Source: Dicyema japonicum (taxonomy: Eukaryota > Animalia > Dicyemida). From it: a DNA stretch of 64,000 bases. The stretch is taken from assembly GCA_011109175.1 (NCBI GenBank), contig RDEW01000025.1, forward strand, positions 465,990 through 529,989, given 5' to 3'. This document shows positions 12,310-23,921 of this stretch, piece by piece. Numbering within the stretch: the first letter of the stretch is position 1; each line of letters begins with the position of its first letter. The notes under the pieces are model-generated. The model was not told the origin of the DNA. It saw only the letters and a program-made list of their open reading frames with translations, and made no database searches. Both the position numbers and the translations under genes were made by a program.

Positions 12310-13140
12310 TTATATATTATTATTATAAAGCATAACGTCTTGCCATTGGAAATGACAAAACCAGTGCAGTACCAAACATTAATCTTTTAGTTAATTTTCT
12401 CCACTTTCCACAATCCTGAGCCAAATCCTCAAGTAGTCCAGGTCATCTCCCGTAGTTTGAGATTAATATTTTAGTTAATTTTCTCCACTTTCCACGATCC
12501 TGAGCCAAATCCCTCAAGTAGTCCAGGTCATCTCCCGTAGTTAGAGATAATCCTATTCTCTTCAGGTATTCATTCAGTGTCGTGGCCAGTGATGCTCTCT
12601 GACGTCCTCGGAACTTCACCTCCTCGGTTTGAAACGTTTCGTCGGTATCTGTTCTCCTCCCCACCTTGGCGTTCATATCACCAGCTATAAATAAAAGTGC
12701 GGAGTCGGCCAATTCTAAATATAAATCTGAGTAGAAGTCATCAAATAGAGCTGGATCTTTGTTTTTGGCATTCATAAACTTCATTTAGAACTCCGATGCG
12801 GTCATTAACTGCCCATACTCTGTAGATATGGGGGAGAAATTCCATTTTGATGGCAAAACCCAGTCCATAGTGCCTGTTGACAGTCGGAAGAAAGATCAAT
12901 TTGAATTTACCACATGTTTCTTCGTGGTTATCTTGGATTTTGGTTTCCTGTAGGCAACCGATTGTGACATCGTAATTATGTAGGTCTTGACAGAGGGAGG
13001 TCCTTTTCCAAGAAGGGGTTAGGCCTCGGACGTTGAATGAGAGCAGCGAGAATTTCTCCAAAAGATAAGGTTCGTACTTTTCAGACATGTTACTACTTTA
13101 TTAGAGCCACGTCACCAGCTCAACCAAAAAGTGACATATT
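12310..13140 (-). mobile_element. Internally deleted (bipartite) non-autonomous RTE-like LINE
   Basis: APE start MSEK...SFNVRGL...CLQETK...GDMNAKVG is fused directly to the C-terminus FRGRQRASL...LAQDRGKWRKL with no RT; about 84-bp tandem duplication at 12378-12550; TAA tail. Confidence 0.8.
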
Positions 13141-13205
13141 ATAAAATATTACTAATAGAAGTAACAATTAATTAAAATTTTTCTTGAGGTTGTAACACGT
13201 TTTAT

Positions 13206-13830
13206 TTAACAATCTTTTTTACGAAGGGCCAATTTCCCCCCGATTTCCTTCAGAAAAGAGACTGTGATACTTCCTGCAGAACCAGAAATTTCGATTGCCA
13301 CCGATACAAAAAGAAAGATCTCCAATTTCACCATATTTTTTAATCTTAATTTTCTCGGCCAGATCGGCTGCCGTACCAACAGACTGCGCTGAGCATCCTC
13401 TAGTTTGAGAAAGAAGCAAAACAATGTAGTCCCTTACGAGTTATTTTCCCTCAGTGAACGGAAAGATTGTTAGCCCATCCGGTCTTTTCCCGTCTCCGCG
13501 GTCCAGTCCCACGGGGTCCTACACTTCGGGGAAGTTGCATGACAATGGTTCAAGAGCATGCATGACAATGTAGTTCATAGCAGCGTGCGGGGAGTTCTGC
13601 CCGCACTCCTCTTGCACGAAAGCGGATGCAGCCCCACATTGTGTTCGACGCATACATCAACTCCCAGGCGCTATGCGATTCCAATCAGAATACAAACATC
13701 GTCCAAAAGGGTCCTCAGGGAGGAACACAAAAGTGAATCGTGCCAAAGTTGTCCCCGCCGACATTACTGACGTTGCGTTTCCTCTCACTATTGCAACAGA
13801 GATCTACTGGAGAGGCCACCGGGTCTCACA
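13206..13830 (-). mobile_element. CRE-like RLE retroelement C-terminal fragments
   Basis: GDGKRPDGLTIFPF...AADLAEKIKIKKY...FVSVAIEISG...FLKEIG and a separate ISVAIVRGNA end motif. Confidence 0.65.
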
Positions 13831-13849
13831 TGCATTCGAGGCTTGAAGT

Positions 13850-16745
13850 AGTTCATCACCAAAAACATCAACTCGCACGTGATTTATCTATCCATGGTGT
13901 CAGTATTTGCTGCTTTCAAGAGACAAAGATTACATCATATTCTATTACGAAATTGGATGATTACTACATGATCACTTTGGACTCTGACTGCCGACATTAT
14001 GGTCTTGGATTTGCGGTTCACAGGGATCTTTACGACCGTGTGACACGCGTATGGGCTGTCTCGGAGCGTATTGCAGTCATGCAACTGAAGTTTGGAACAA
14101 AGCCCAACTCTGTTATTTCTATCATCAAAGTTTGTGCTCCAACCGCTGTCCGGGCTGATGCCAATCCTGAAGAACTTGGTGCGTTTTACTCATGTTTGAC
14201 AGGGACATATGACTTACTTTCGTCGTCATATCTGACGTTTATTGGTGGAGACTGGAGGGCCAGAGTTGGTAAAGTACGGAATGGGGAGACTTGTATTGGA
14301 TCACATGCTCGGAATCGTCGAAATTCCTCTGGTGTCTCATAGTTCAATTCTGCGAATCCAACAACTTATTTATTACGAACACTGCTTTTGAACACCCAGC
14401 AAGACATAAAACTACCTGGACTGGTTCACGAAAGGACAAAAATGGCAACTTGATTAAAATATATAATCAAATTGATTATATCTTGTGCAGAAGGAACAAA
14501 AACCTAATACAAAACTCGAGATCATTCGATGGGCTTGAAACATCAAGTGATCACAAATTGGTGATCACTCGGTTCTCTTTGGGAAGTTTGTACAAACCTG
14601 GAAGATATGGAAAAACGGAATTGAAAGATTGGATACAGAAACTCTAATAAGCAATGAAATAAATATGAAAGAGTATGGCGAAAAACTCAGAAAGGAATTA
14701 AGCAAGATGAATACAAACAATAGTGCACAGGATTTGTGGAATGACGTTGGAGTTGCAATGAAGAATACCGCGTCGTTGGTTTTGGGGACTACTCACAAAA
14801 ACAAATTCAAATATAACAACGAAGAAATATCATACTTATCTTCAGAACAAAGAATTTGAAAATTAGAATTAATAATTCAAATATACCGAGTCTAAAAAAA
14901 GAGCTAAGGATAGTTCGTAACTCAATTTTAACAAAAATCAAAAAACTTCAAAAATATCAAGTAAAAAAGGAAGTGGAGGAACAGGTCGATGAAATCAAGA
15001 AATATAAGAACGGATCCAAAATGTTCAAAGCCATTCGGATTATTAGCAAAAAGAAACGACCAGGGAATATTGTTATTCACGACCAACATGGACGATCAGT
15101 ATTGAATGTTATTGAAAAGGCGAACATAGTCTCTTCACACTACTATGACATCTTTAACAATCAAGAAATTGAAAACAAATCTCCAATAACATCAACGGCT
15201 CCTCTTAACTGCCCCATTATTATCGCGGAAACTATCAAGGCAATAGGAAAACTAAACTACAGGAAAGCGGCTGGTCCTGATAATATACCTGCAGAGTTAA
15301 TAAAATGTGGACCCACTGAATTGGGTGAAATAATCACCATCATACTCAATAAAGCATTTGAAGACAAAAACGATCTTGGAATTGGGAGAGGATGGCTAAT
15401 TCCAATACCAAAACCTGGGAAACCTAGAGGTCCCGCAAACAGTCTAAGACCAATAATTCTATTATCGGTCTTACGGAAAACCCTCTTTATCATTGTATTA
15501 AATCGAATCAAAGGGAAAGTCGACAAATTCTTATCGCCTGGACAAAGCGGTCTCAGGGAAAAAAGATCAACCGCCAACATAGTATGGACGCACAGATGGT
15601 CTGGCGCTATATGTCAGAAATACAAAAAATGCATAGAAGTTCTGGGGATCGACATGAGTCGTGCATTCGACTCTGTACACAGGGGACTACTTATTAACAT
15701 TCTGAATACGATTCTAGACACGGATGATGTTAGAATTATTTCCTTGCTCCTAGAAGATACTCACCTGGCTGTCAAAATCGGAAATACCGCTTCCAATTTT
15801 TTTAAAACCACTCGGGGAGTTCCACAAGGGGATTCGTTGTCTCCTATTTATTATTTATCTTGAGGCTGCACTGAGTGATTTCAGATTATCCATTAAAGGA
15901 CAATATTATGAGTTGATTTACGCAGACGATCTGGACTTTGTATCGGATGATTCTGAATTTCTCAAGTACATAAACGAACATCTTCCTAACATTTTCCAAA
16001 AATGGTTCTTGAAGATAAACACTGACAAAACGGAATTTACATCATTCAGCCGTGCAGAGAAAATATCTGACGAAACGTGGAGAAGACATAAGAAGGTCGG
16101 ATCGCTCTTGGGGACGAGGAAGATGTAGCTCGACGGAAAATCCTTGCATCTGGTGCTTTCAGAAGCCTATCTAAAATATGGAGTTCGGAAAGAAGACTTT
16201 GTGGAAAAATAAAGCTTATGATATACAAATACTTTGTTGTGCCCATCCTAATATATAACTGTGGGACATGGGGTTTGTCTAAACGGGCAATGGAGTCTAT
16301 TGACAGTTTCGACCGCAGTATGCTTCGGAAGGCACTTAATATTCACTACAAAATGAAGATCAAAAACGAACAATTATATAAGTTGAGCAAAACAGAACCA
16401 TTATCCATGGAAATCAGAAGATCGAGATGGAGACTGTTCGGTCACATTCTGAGGATGGACCTGGATGTCCCGGCAAATCACGTAATAGATGAATATTTCA
16501 TGGAAAAAACAAAATGATTCCGAGGAAGGCCTAGAACAACCTTACCTATCACGCTAAATGAGGACCTAAAAGCCATAGGCAGGGAGTTGAAAACAATGGA
16601 TGACCTCGATGAACTAAGAGATCTTGCGAAACGGAGAGGCCTTTGGATGCGATTGGTGCAAAGGGTGGCCGCGCGGCACAAGAGGCCGTTTTTTATGTGT
16701 TCTCGGCAGTGCTGATAATAATAATAATAATAAATAATAATAAAA
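13850..16745 (+). mobile_element. RTE-like non-LTR retrotransposon, APE + RT, frameshifted
   Basis: CFQETK, GDWRARVG, NQIDYIL, SDHKLV (APE); LRPIILL, DMSRAFD, GVPQGDSLSP, YADDL (RT); (TAA)n tail 16715-16745. Confidence 0.92.
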
Positions 16746-17959
16746 AGTAGTGAAAAATTAAAATTCCAGCGCCCCCTAATATGTTCCACCACCCCTAGGG
16801 GGCACCAGCACCCCCGTTAAGAAACACGGGTCTAGATTAAGTCCGCATTTAAAACCAAGAAGATTACAGGTAGTCACTCTCAGGATATTTTGAGATCCCT
16901 CGCTTATCTGTATTATCAATATTACACAATGTTCTCCATTATGAGCCCAAAGCACAATGCGATACTATGCTTGGTGGTTGCTACCGGATCAGCTCAAAAC
17001 TGCAGTTTCCTGTTGTTTTCAATCAGATGTGACCACATAGTATTTAACACTCACTAATTACGTATTCAGAAGTTAATGATAGTCCAGTTGAAGTTGTCCG
17101 AGTTCCAAGAGGTTTATTGTTCTACAAGACATCCTGAGGAAGGATTCACCAGAGAATGCTCTAATCAAAAAATCATCCTCAAATTTCCCTGCAAACTGAT
17201 ATATTTGAGTGATCTCGGGAAACGTCCACTTTGGTTGTTACTTTCTGTTTCCTCCTCTAAAACATCCTTTAGTAATGGGGACCTCTCGCGGTTCCGACTG
17301 AGATTAAGTAAAAAGCACCAAGAACTACCAAGAATTAGTCTTTATGTTATTAATGTGAATGTAACCTCACACTTTTAATATTGTTGACTCGGGAAACGCA
17401 AAAACCCGAAGTTTTATAAAAGCCAAAATCTTCAGTGCAAGTTCGAATTCTATTTACCAAATTTGAGAAGTTTGGACTCCCCCCAAATACTAAAATCAAT
17501 ATTTTTTGTTGAAGATAATTTATCACAAATCACTTGAGACACACGTGAATGGCAATAGTTCGATTGGATCTTTAAATATCAGCTATATGTGAATATCAGT
17601 CATCCTCCTTTTCCATTTTCGTATAGAGTAGCTGCATGTGATCCACCTGTCTCACTAACTTTAGTGCCAGGGAGGTACAAAAAAGAATCATTTTCTCTCG
17701 TCCATCCAGTGTAGGTTCCCTCATTATCAAAGAATGGACGTCTTCTACTTTATTGCAGATTTGGGTGGACTTGTGTGACATTGCAAGGACTCTGTTTCTG
17801 TGATAGTGGACAAGCGATTCTTAAAAAAATGAAGAAGACATTTACTTAAATAAATGAAACGAGGATGACACTGGATACACTTCATATGAAGCCACAAGGA
17901 ATAAACATGATTCAAAACTAACCCAGTTACGTCTAATTTATCAAGAGATCCACTGGTGA

Positions 17960-18200
17960 AGATTACCATTATGAAAACTCTTTCACCAAAAAATGAAGTG
18001 ATGTCCACAACGGTAGGACGTGAGAGAGTTCGGCCGTACTTCTCCACTTCTCTTCTAATGGATTTTGTCTGATAAAATACGCTGGAGAGAATCCAATATG
18101 ATAACAATGAGTTAACGATGGGTATTTTATAATGTTTGTTGAGCACAGCACGAACAGCCATAACAAGTTAATTCAAGGGAAAAACCCAATGAAAACGCCT
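17960..18200 (-). mobile_element. Possible Merlin/ISXO2-like transposase N-terminal remnant
   Basis: LLSYW...IRREV...LSRPTVVDITSFFGE recalls the Merlin TVVDW.(N/S)FCRE motif; paralogous ARTIVADITSFFGG near 33530-33580. Confidence 0.35.
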
Positions 18201-19349
18201 GACTGTGCCGTCCAAACAAATAATAGTCCATTACAGACTCGCTTCCGAAAAGATGTGAATAATTAGGTTGGCCTTCTATTTTCATTACGAAGACTACTGT
18301 TACGGACATCACTGGAAGTTTTCATCAGTAGAGTTGATAAGGGAGTAAGTAGGAACATCCTTTTCGACAACTGTCGCTGCCAGAAAGACTCGTCATCTCA
18401 AAGTAGGATCTGTTTGAAGAAAATTAACCTTCGCTGTAAAGTCAACCTTTCTTATTCGAACCCACGACAGTCAGACCCGAAGTTATAAGAGGTTCAGCCA
18501 TGAAACCTTGGGATAAATTAATATTTAAAAAATGTAAAGAATAATAAATATTCAAATACAGTAAAGTCTTTCTAATACTTAGCCGTACATATTGAATTAT
18601 GAGATCCTCGGAGAATTCAGAGTCATAGTTCAATGCACATCAAAGTTTATTAGAATGATCGACGACTTGCAGGTTTGCGAAATAACGAACTTAGAATGAT
18701 TCTATGGCACTTCCAGAACATTGAGGTCTCGATCATGAGAGTAATTTCCTTTCTGTTCAGAGTAAGAGCAAGTCATTATACCATTAACACATGTTCTTAG
18801 AACAAAATAATGTTATATTAACTAAGGTTCTTTTGTGCTACACAATTTAAGATCCTCTTTCAGACTCCAGTGATCTCTGTCCTCGCCATTCGATAGTAGG
18901 ACCTGCAATCATAACTGTTTATTAAACTAAATAAGTTAATAAAATTTTATTACTATTAAAATAGGTCATTTAAATCAACACTAAATCCGAGTTAGATTCA
19001 TTTGTGTGTTTGATTTTTTTATAGATTCATCATGTGTTAGATTCATTTATGTGCTTGATTTATCCTGTACTAATTGGAAAATATTATCCAGTGAATAAAA
19101 AAGTACAAATTCTTGAAAGTCTTTGAATTTTTATTTTACTTTTCAATTCTCATAAATGTTCGAATATCTTACTAAAGTTAATGAGAGACAATATAATTGT
19201 TTAAAACATGTTTTTAAGCAAGAATAGGTAAAATCAGTTATCTGAGTGTTAAGATTATAATATTGATTTTACCACACTTAATATTTTAAAATTCTAGGAA
19301 ATAATATTTATACATATATATAGCCAAAAAATCTCATGATAAACGAAAA

Positions 19350-20294
19350 ATGAATATTTTACTCATTTTGATGCTATCCACTATAACAAGTAGATTTGTC
19401 TTTATGATTTAAGTATGTTACAACTCTTTTAATATTGGAAATCATGGATATATGATTTATCACATCTGACTAGAGTTCCAGATCCAACTTGTAACTACGG
19501 TTATCCAGTTATCATAAATGATGTTGATGAATTTTTGCTTTGATAGTAAGTGATTTTATTATTTTAATAGATAAAATAGGTCAAGATTTTTGGATTCAAG
19601 GAAAGTTCGTTCAAGGAGAATTTTATTTAAATAATGGTATAGATGGTATTTATAAATCACGAATTTTAGCCTTACACGAATTTAGCTGGAGAGTATGACT
19701 CAGATTATTATTACATTGCTGTTAAGGCCTGTCAATTAAGATGACTTTCCGATACCGTATAGAATATTTAGTATTTGTATGCGAAATTGGTATCAATATA
19801 TATTATTTTAGATTACCCTATTAATGCTACTAATGATTATGTGCGACCGCAAACTTCTCTTTATTATCGGAGATCTATACCGAAGTATGCACAGCGGAAC
19901 CACACCACTTATTATATACATAATGGGACAGGATACATGTCACTAATAAATATTATAATTATACGCAATTGGGTCTTGCATGTGGACTGTATAATGCTAC
20001 TGTAGTTGAGATTAACGATGATCAAAGAAAGAATTAATCTATAGTAACTTTATAATATTGTTCAGATATAATTGAAGCGGATTCATTTGTCGATGACAGA
20101 CGTGATTATTCAAACAACATTAAACTTATTGAGTATTGCTATGGTAAAATTGTGGACTTGGGGTTTATGAAATATTTTGTTCTGCAGCATGTAATATGTG
20201 AGACAGGTTGCTATAATATTTTAGTATAGATGAACAAATAATAGTCAATATGTTTGTAGGAAAAACACGATTTGATAATAATCGAATATTATAA
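19350..20294 (+). pseudogene. Tandem C-type-lectin-like gene or pseudogene with tiny introns
   Basis: Signal-like LLILMLSTIT, several 22-25 nt GT-AG introns, motifs LACGLYNATVVEINDD, FVCEI, VICET; contains stops and frameshifts. Confidence 0.4.
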
Positions 20295-21099
20295 CGACTC
20301 TACCCGTCACAATTCCTATCGATGTTCCTCCAAACAATTAACAAACAAATGATTCGTTTACTAAATCCATTTATTCTCTAATCATTCAATTTGAATTATT
20401 CAATAAGTAGTACTTATTTGATAAAATCTCAAATCAAAGTTAAACGAATATTTTTTCTTTTTGATAATATGATTTCTGAAAAACTAAAATTTAAATTATT
20501 TAAAAGTCATGATAATCCTACGAATCCATCAGTTTATGGACATAACAAATCTCCTGGTCCAAGAAAAGTCGTGATCTTTATTTTTCCATGTCGCACATTG
20601 AGAGATATATTTTTTAGAAAACGTTAAATAAAATAAATTTTAAAAGTTTTTTTCATCAATCCCTTGTTCATAACTTATGATATTCATCTTTTTCGAGTTT
20701 ATAATTTATTCAATTTTGCGGGCATTTTTTACCAGAAAATTGCCCCAGCTGCACTAAACATATTTTCAAAGCTTCTGGAGGATTTCTTGCAAAAGGATTT
20801 CTTCAGTGCTTTCGCCGCCCTTGACAGAATGTTCATTAAGCAGCACATGCTTAACCAATTGTAGGTTCAATGTACTGTTTGTAGATGGTATTCAATCCAT
20901 TTAGGCCTTTGGAGTCTCTTAGATTTTCAGAAAATCCTTCATGAAGTTAATCATTATTATCATTTCAATATAGTTGAAAAGGCAAAGAAGGTGTCGAAGT
21001 TAACTTCAAGGATCTTCGGGTTTTGTTTTGCGGGATAGTTTTCCCTTCTAACTTGACGACAGTTAATAGTTTCCCACGATCTTCTGTTTGACGAGGAAA

Positions 21100-21905
21100 A
21101 AATCAAAATTGACTTTTCCTGACATTCAATTGATTTCCATAAAGCCACTAACTCAGATTATTCAGGCTGTCCTGTAATCTTGGCGTAGATAATACTTACA
21201 TCCCTCGATGCATCGACTATATCATCCCCGTAGGACAGTAATATGTCCGTGTCACATTTTGGAAGTGGAAGGTCATAAGATTTAATAAAGGGAGAGATAA
21301 TGAGGAACCCTGAGGAACGCCATTTGGTAATAGTTTTAATGCGGAACATCAATTACCCTGGCATACTCGCCACCGACGCCCTCTCAAGAAATTCCCCACC
21401 ATAACTTAAGATTTGCATCAATGTTTGACGAAAAAATGACTCCCAGAATGTTAGGCGTTTTAAACATAGTAAACAATGTTATAAACAACTTGGTTGGGGA
21501 AATCATAAGCCGTCGTTGAACAAACCATGAGGTCAGAGTTTCAAGTATTTCTTGTATGATCCTTGTGGTCCGTATTGCTTTCCACCAATTTACCGATGGT
21601 AGTAATAATAACACCAGAGACCACGGTTACACAAACATTTATTTATTTAACACCCAATACCACGGTGAAACCAAACTAACTATCACGTGATCCCGATGCG
21701 TTCCACCAGAATCCTCATCCTTTCCCAGTGTTCCTCCCTCGTACCCACACAAGCTCGTACTGGCGGTTAACTGTATTTGCAGGGCCACCTTCCCGCATTA
21801 TTTACTTTATTTATTTAATAACCCTGAAATGGAAACACCAAAAAAGAAGGAGTAAACCAACTAATTAAGTGATCCCGGTACGCCTCAACCTTCCCGCATG
21901 CCAAC
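21100..21905. mobile_element. Cluster of Ingi/Vingi-like RT and 3'-end fragments
   Basis: YGDDIV RT remnant 21158-21352; two GGATCAC-stop 3' ends at 21683 and 21865 (minus strand). Confidence 0.7.
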
Positions 21906-22004
21906 TGATAACTGAATATATTTAATGAACATTAAAAATAGTATTAGTTATTTAAATAAATAAATTAATAAAAATTTAATCGACCTGTGTCTTGAGGCTT
22001 AACA

Positions 22005-22940
22005 ATGGTCACTTTGAAGGAAAGTAATAACCTCCAAAATAAGTCTTAGTTTCTGTAAGAATAAACTCAGTAAAGAACATTCAGAAGATAACCAAATCAA
22101 TGAAGATGGTTGCCTCTTCCAAGCTGGCTCATGCTAGGAGAGGACTTCCTGCAGCAAGAGTCATCGGTCAGTCAGTTGATGGTATTCTTTTGAATAAGAC
22201 CTAGAATTTTACAATGACCTGGAGAAACCAAAAGAAGTCGAGAAATCTGAGCCAAGACACATGGTTGTCCTAACCTCCGACAAGGGACTGTGTGGGAGCG
22301 TCCATTCTGCTGTTGTGAAGGCAGCCTACGCGGATCTGGCAAAATTCTCAGCTGATCCAATTAAACTCGTCCTCATTGGTGAGAAGGCTCGGTTGTTCAT
22401 GCAAAGGTGAATTCCAGGATGATTTCTAGGAAGTATGCCTCTTCAATAGCGATGCATGTAGGCAATATTGGGAAGAAACCACCAACATTTCTGGAAGCCT
22501 CGACGATAACCGATGAGATGATGAAACTAGAAGGGTTTACTGGAAGTAGGATCTACTACAATTACTTTAAGTAAGGGATTCTGTTCTCAGATAGATCAAT
22601 GGTGCAGTTCATCCCTACGACAATCAACATGTCTGACATGGAGACTGTGAAAAATGCTGAAAACTTTGCCCTGTACGACAGTGTGGACGATTCGGTGCTC
22701 CAGAGTTACTATGAGTTCTCGTTTGCAGCGAGGATGTATGGAGCCTTGAGGGATGCGGCTTGTAGTGAGCAGAGTTCTCGAAGCAATGCCATGGAGTCAG
22801 CCAATAGGAATGCCGGTTGTCCCTATTGATGATTTGTAGGTGAGGTTATCGATAAATTGACGTTGGTGTATAACAGAACTAGACAGGCAGTCATCACAAA
22901 GGAATTGATTGAGATCATATCTGGTGCTGCTGCTGTCTAA
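22005..22940 (+). CDS. ATP5F1C: Mitochondrial ATP synthase F1 subunit gamma
   Basis: Five introns (26, 23, 23, 24, 24 nt); [31 protein letters not shown]...TSDKGLCG...SEQSSR...[23 protein letters not shown]. Confidence 0.97.
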
Positions 22941-23921
22941 TCACCACCGTTTTACTAATTACTAATAATTAATTACTGATTCTATTAATTATTATGTTGA
23001 CCACCAGTTATTTTTTTAGAAGCGGTAACTTTCAAGAGAAATATCCACTATTCCTAATATTGCAACCCTTAGCCTCTCATCGATAATTCTCAAGAAATCA
23101 TGTTCGTAAAACAGGGAAATGTCCGTAGAAATGAATAGGACAAGGTGGAGATGAAATTTCTGAGGAAAAATAGTTTTGTATTAGAGTTGGTAAATTCGAC
23201 AAAAGTTGGTAAAATCGTTTTTCTTGCAAAAAATTGACATTTCCTTTTGATATATCTTTTCCTCGATGAAAGTCGAATTTTAGGTTTTGCTGATCGAGAT
23301 GGGAAATAAGTGGAAATCATTACATGTGCTTGGGTGAAGTCGTCCTTTGTAGAAGCAACGTTGATGAATTCACACATTTAAACAAATTTGGCTTCAGTCA
23401 AGGTGGTGCAAGACTATGACAGATTTGACCTCTGAAACGGCAGCATACTAATTCTCCTTAATGATCACATCTTCTAGATATCACGCAGTCATCGGAGCTC
23501 TAGTTGATACCAAGGGACCGATGGGGATTACTATGTTGTACTTTAGTCATAAATTCGAGGGTATATTACAAAAAACTAATCTAAAGGGTAATGCGTATGC
23601 GAGGTCTACTATCCTCCTGATTTTTTGAAAGACTTGCTTCTATAATTCCATCTCTGTGAATGCTATTAAAAGTATTACTGTGGTCCAATTTTCCTTGGAG
23701 TAAATTGATTCTTCACATTCCTGAATAGAGTCGGGCTCAGTTTTGGGGTTATAATTTCTTAGACTATTTTGTCAGCAATCTTCGATGTCAAGCGTCTTAG
23801 TGAATTGCTTATAAATAATTTTTATACAGTTATAATTTATAATAGTACATAAAAATAGCATTATAGGATTTATGGAACCCTAAGGAACGCCATATAGAAT
23901 TTGAATTTTACGTAACGTACG

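Larger units (their letters stand above)
10207..16829. mobile_element. hAT (Charlie/MER5-like) MITE interrupted by about 6.5 kb of nested elements
   Basis: Left end CTGTGGTTCTCAACC, right end GTTAAGAAACACGG; identical 8-bp TSD GTCTAGAT at 10199-10206 and 16830-16837, matching the NTCTAGAN hAT-Charlie target. Confidence 0.8.

Noticed and set aside
15257-15580. Antisense ORFs over LINE RT regions (also 47952-48269, 25933-26355)
   Set aside because: Shadow frames of retroelement coding sequence with no independent motifs
20700-20950. SSRSFENMFSAAGAI on the minus strand, like a hAT dimerisation motif
   Set aside because: Single short motif with stops and no TIRs; too weak to call
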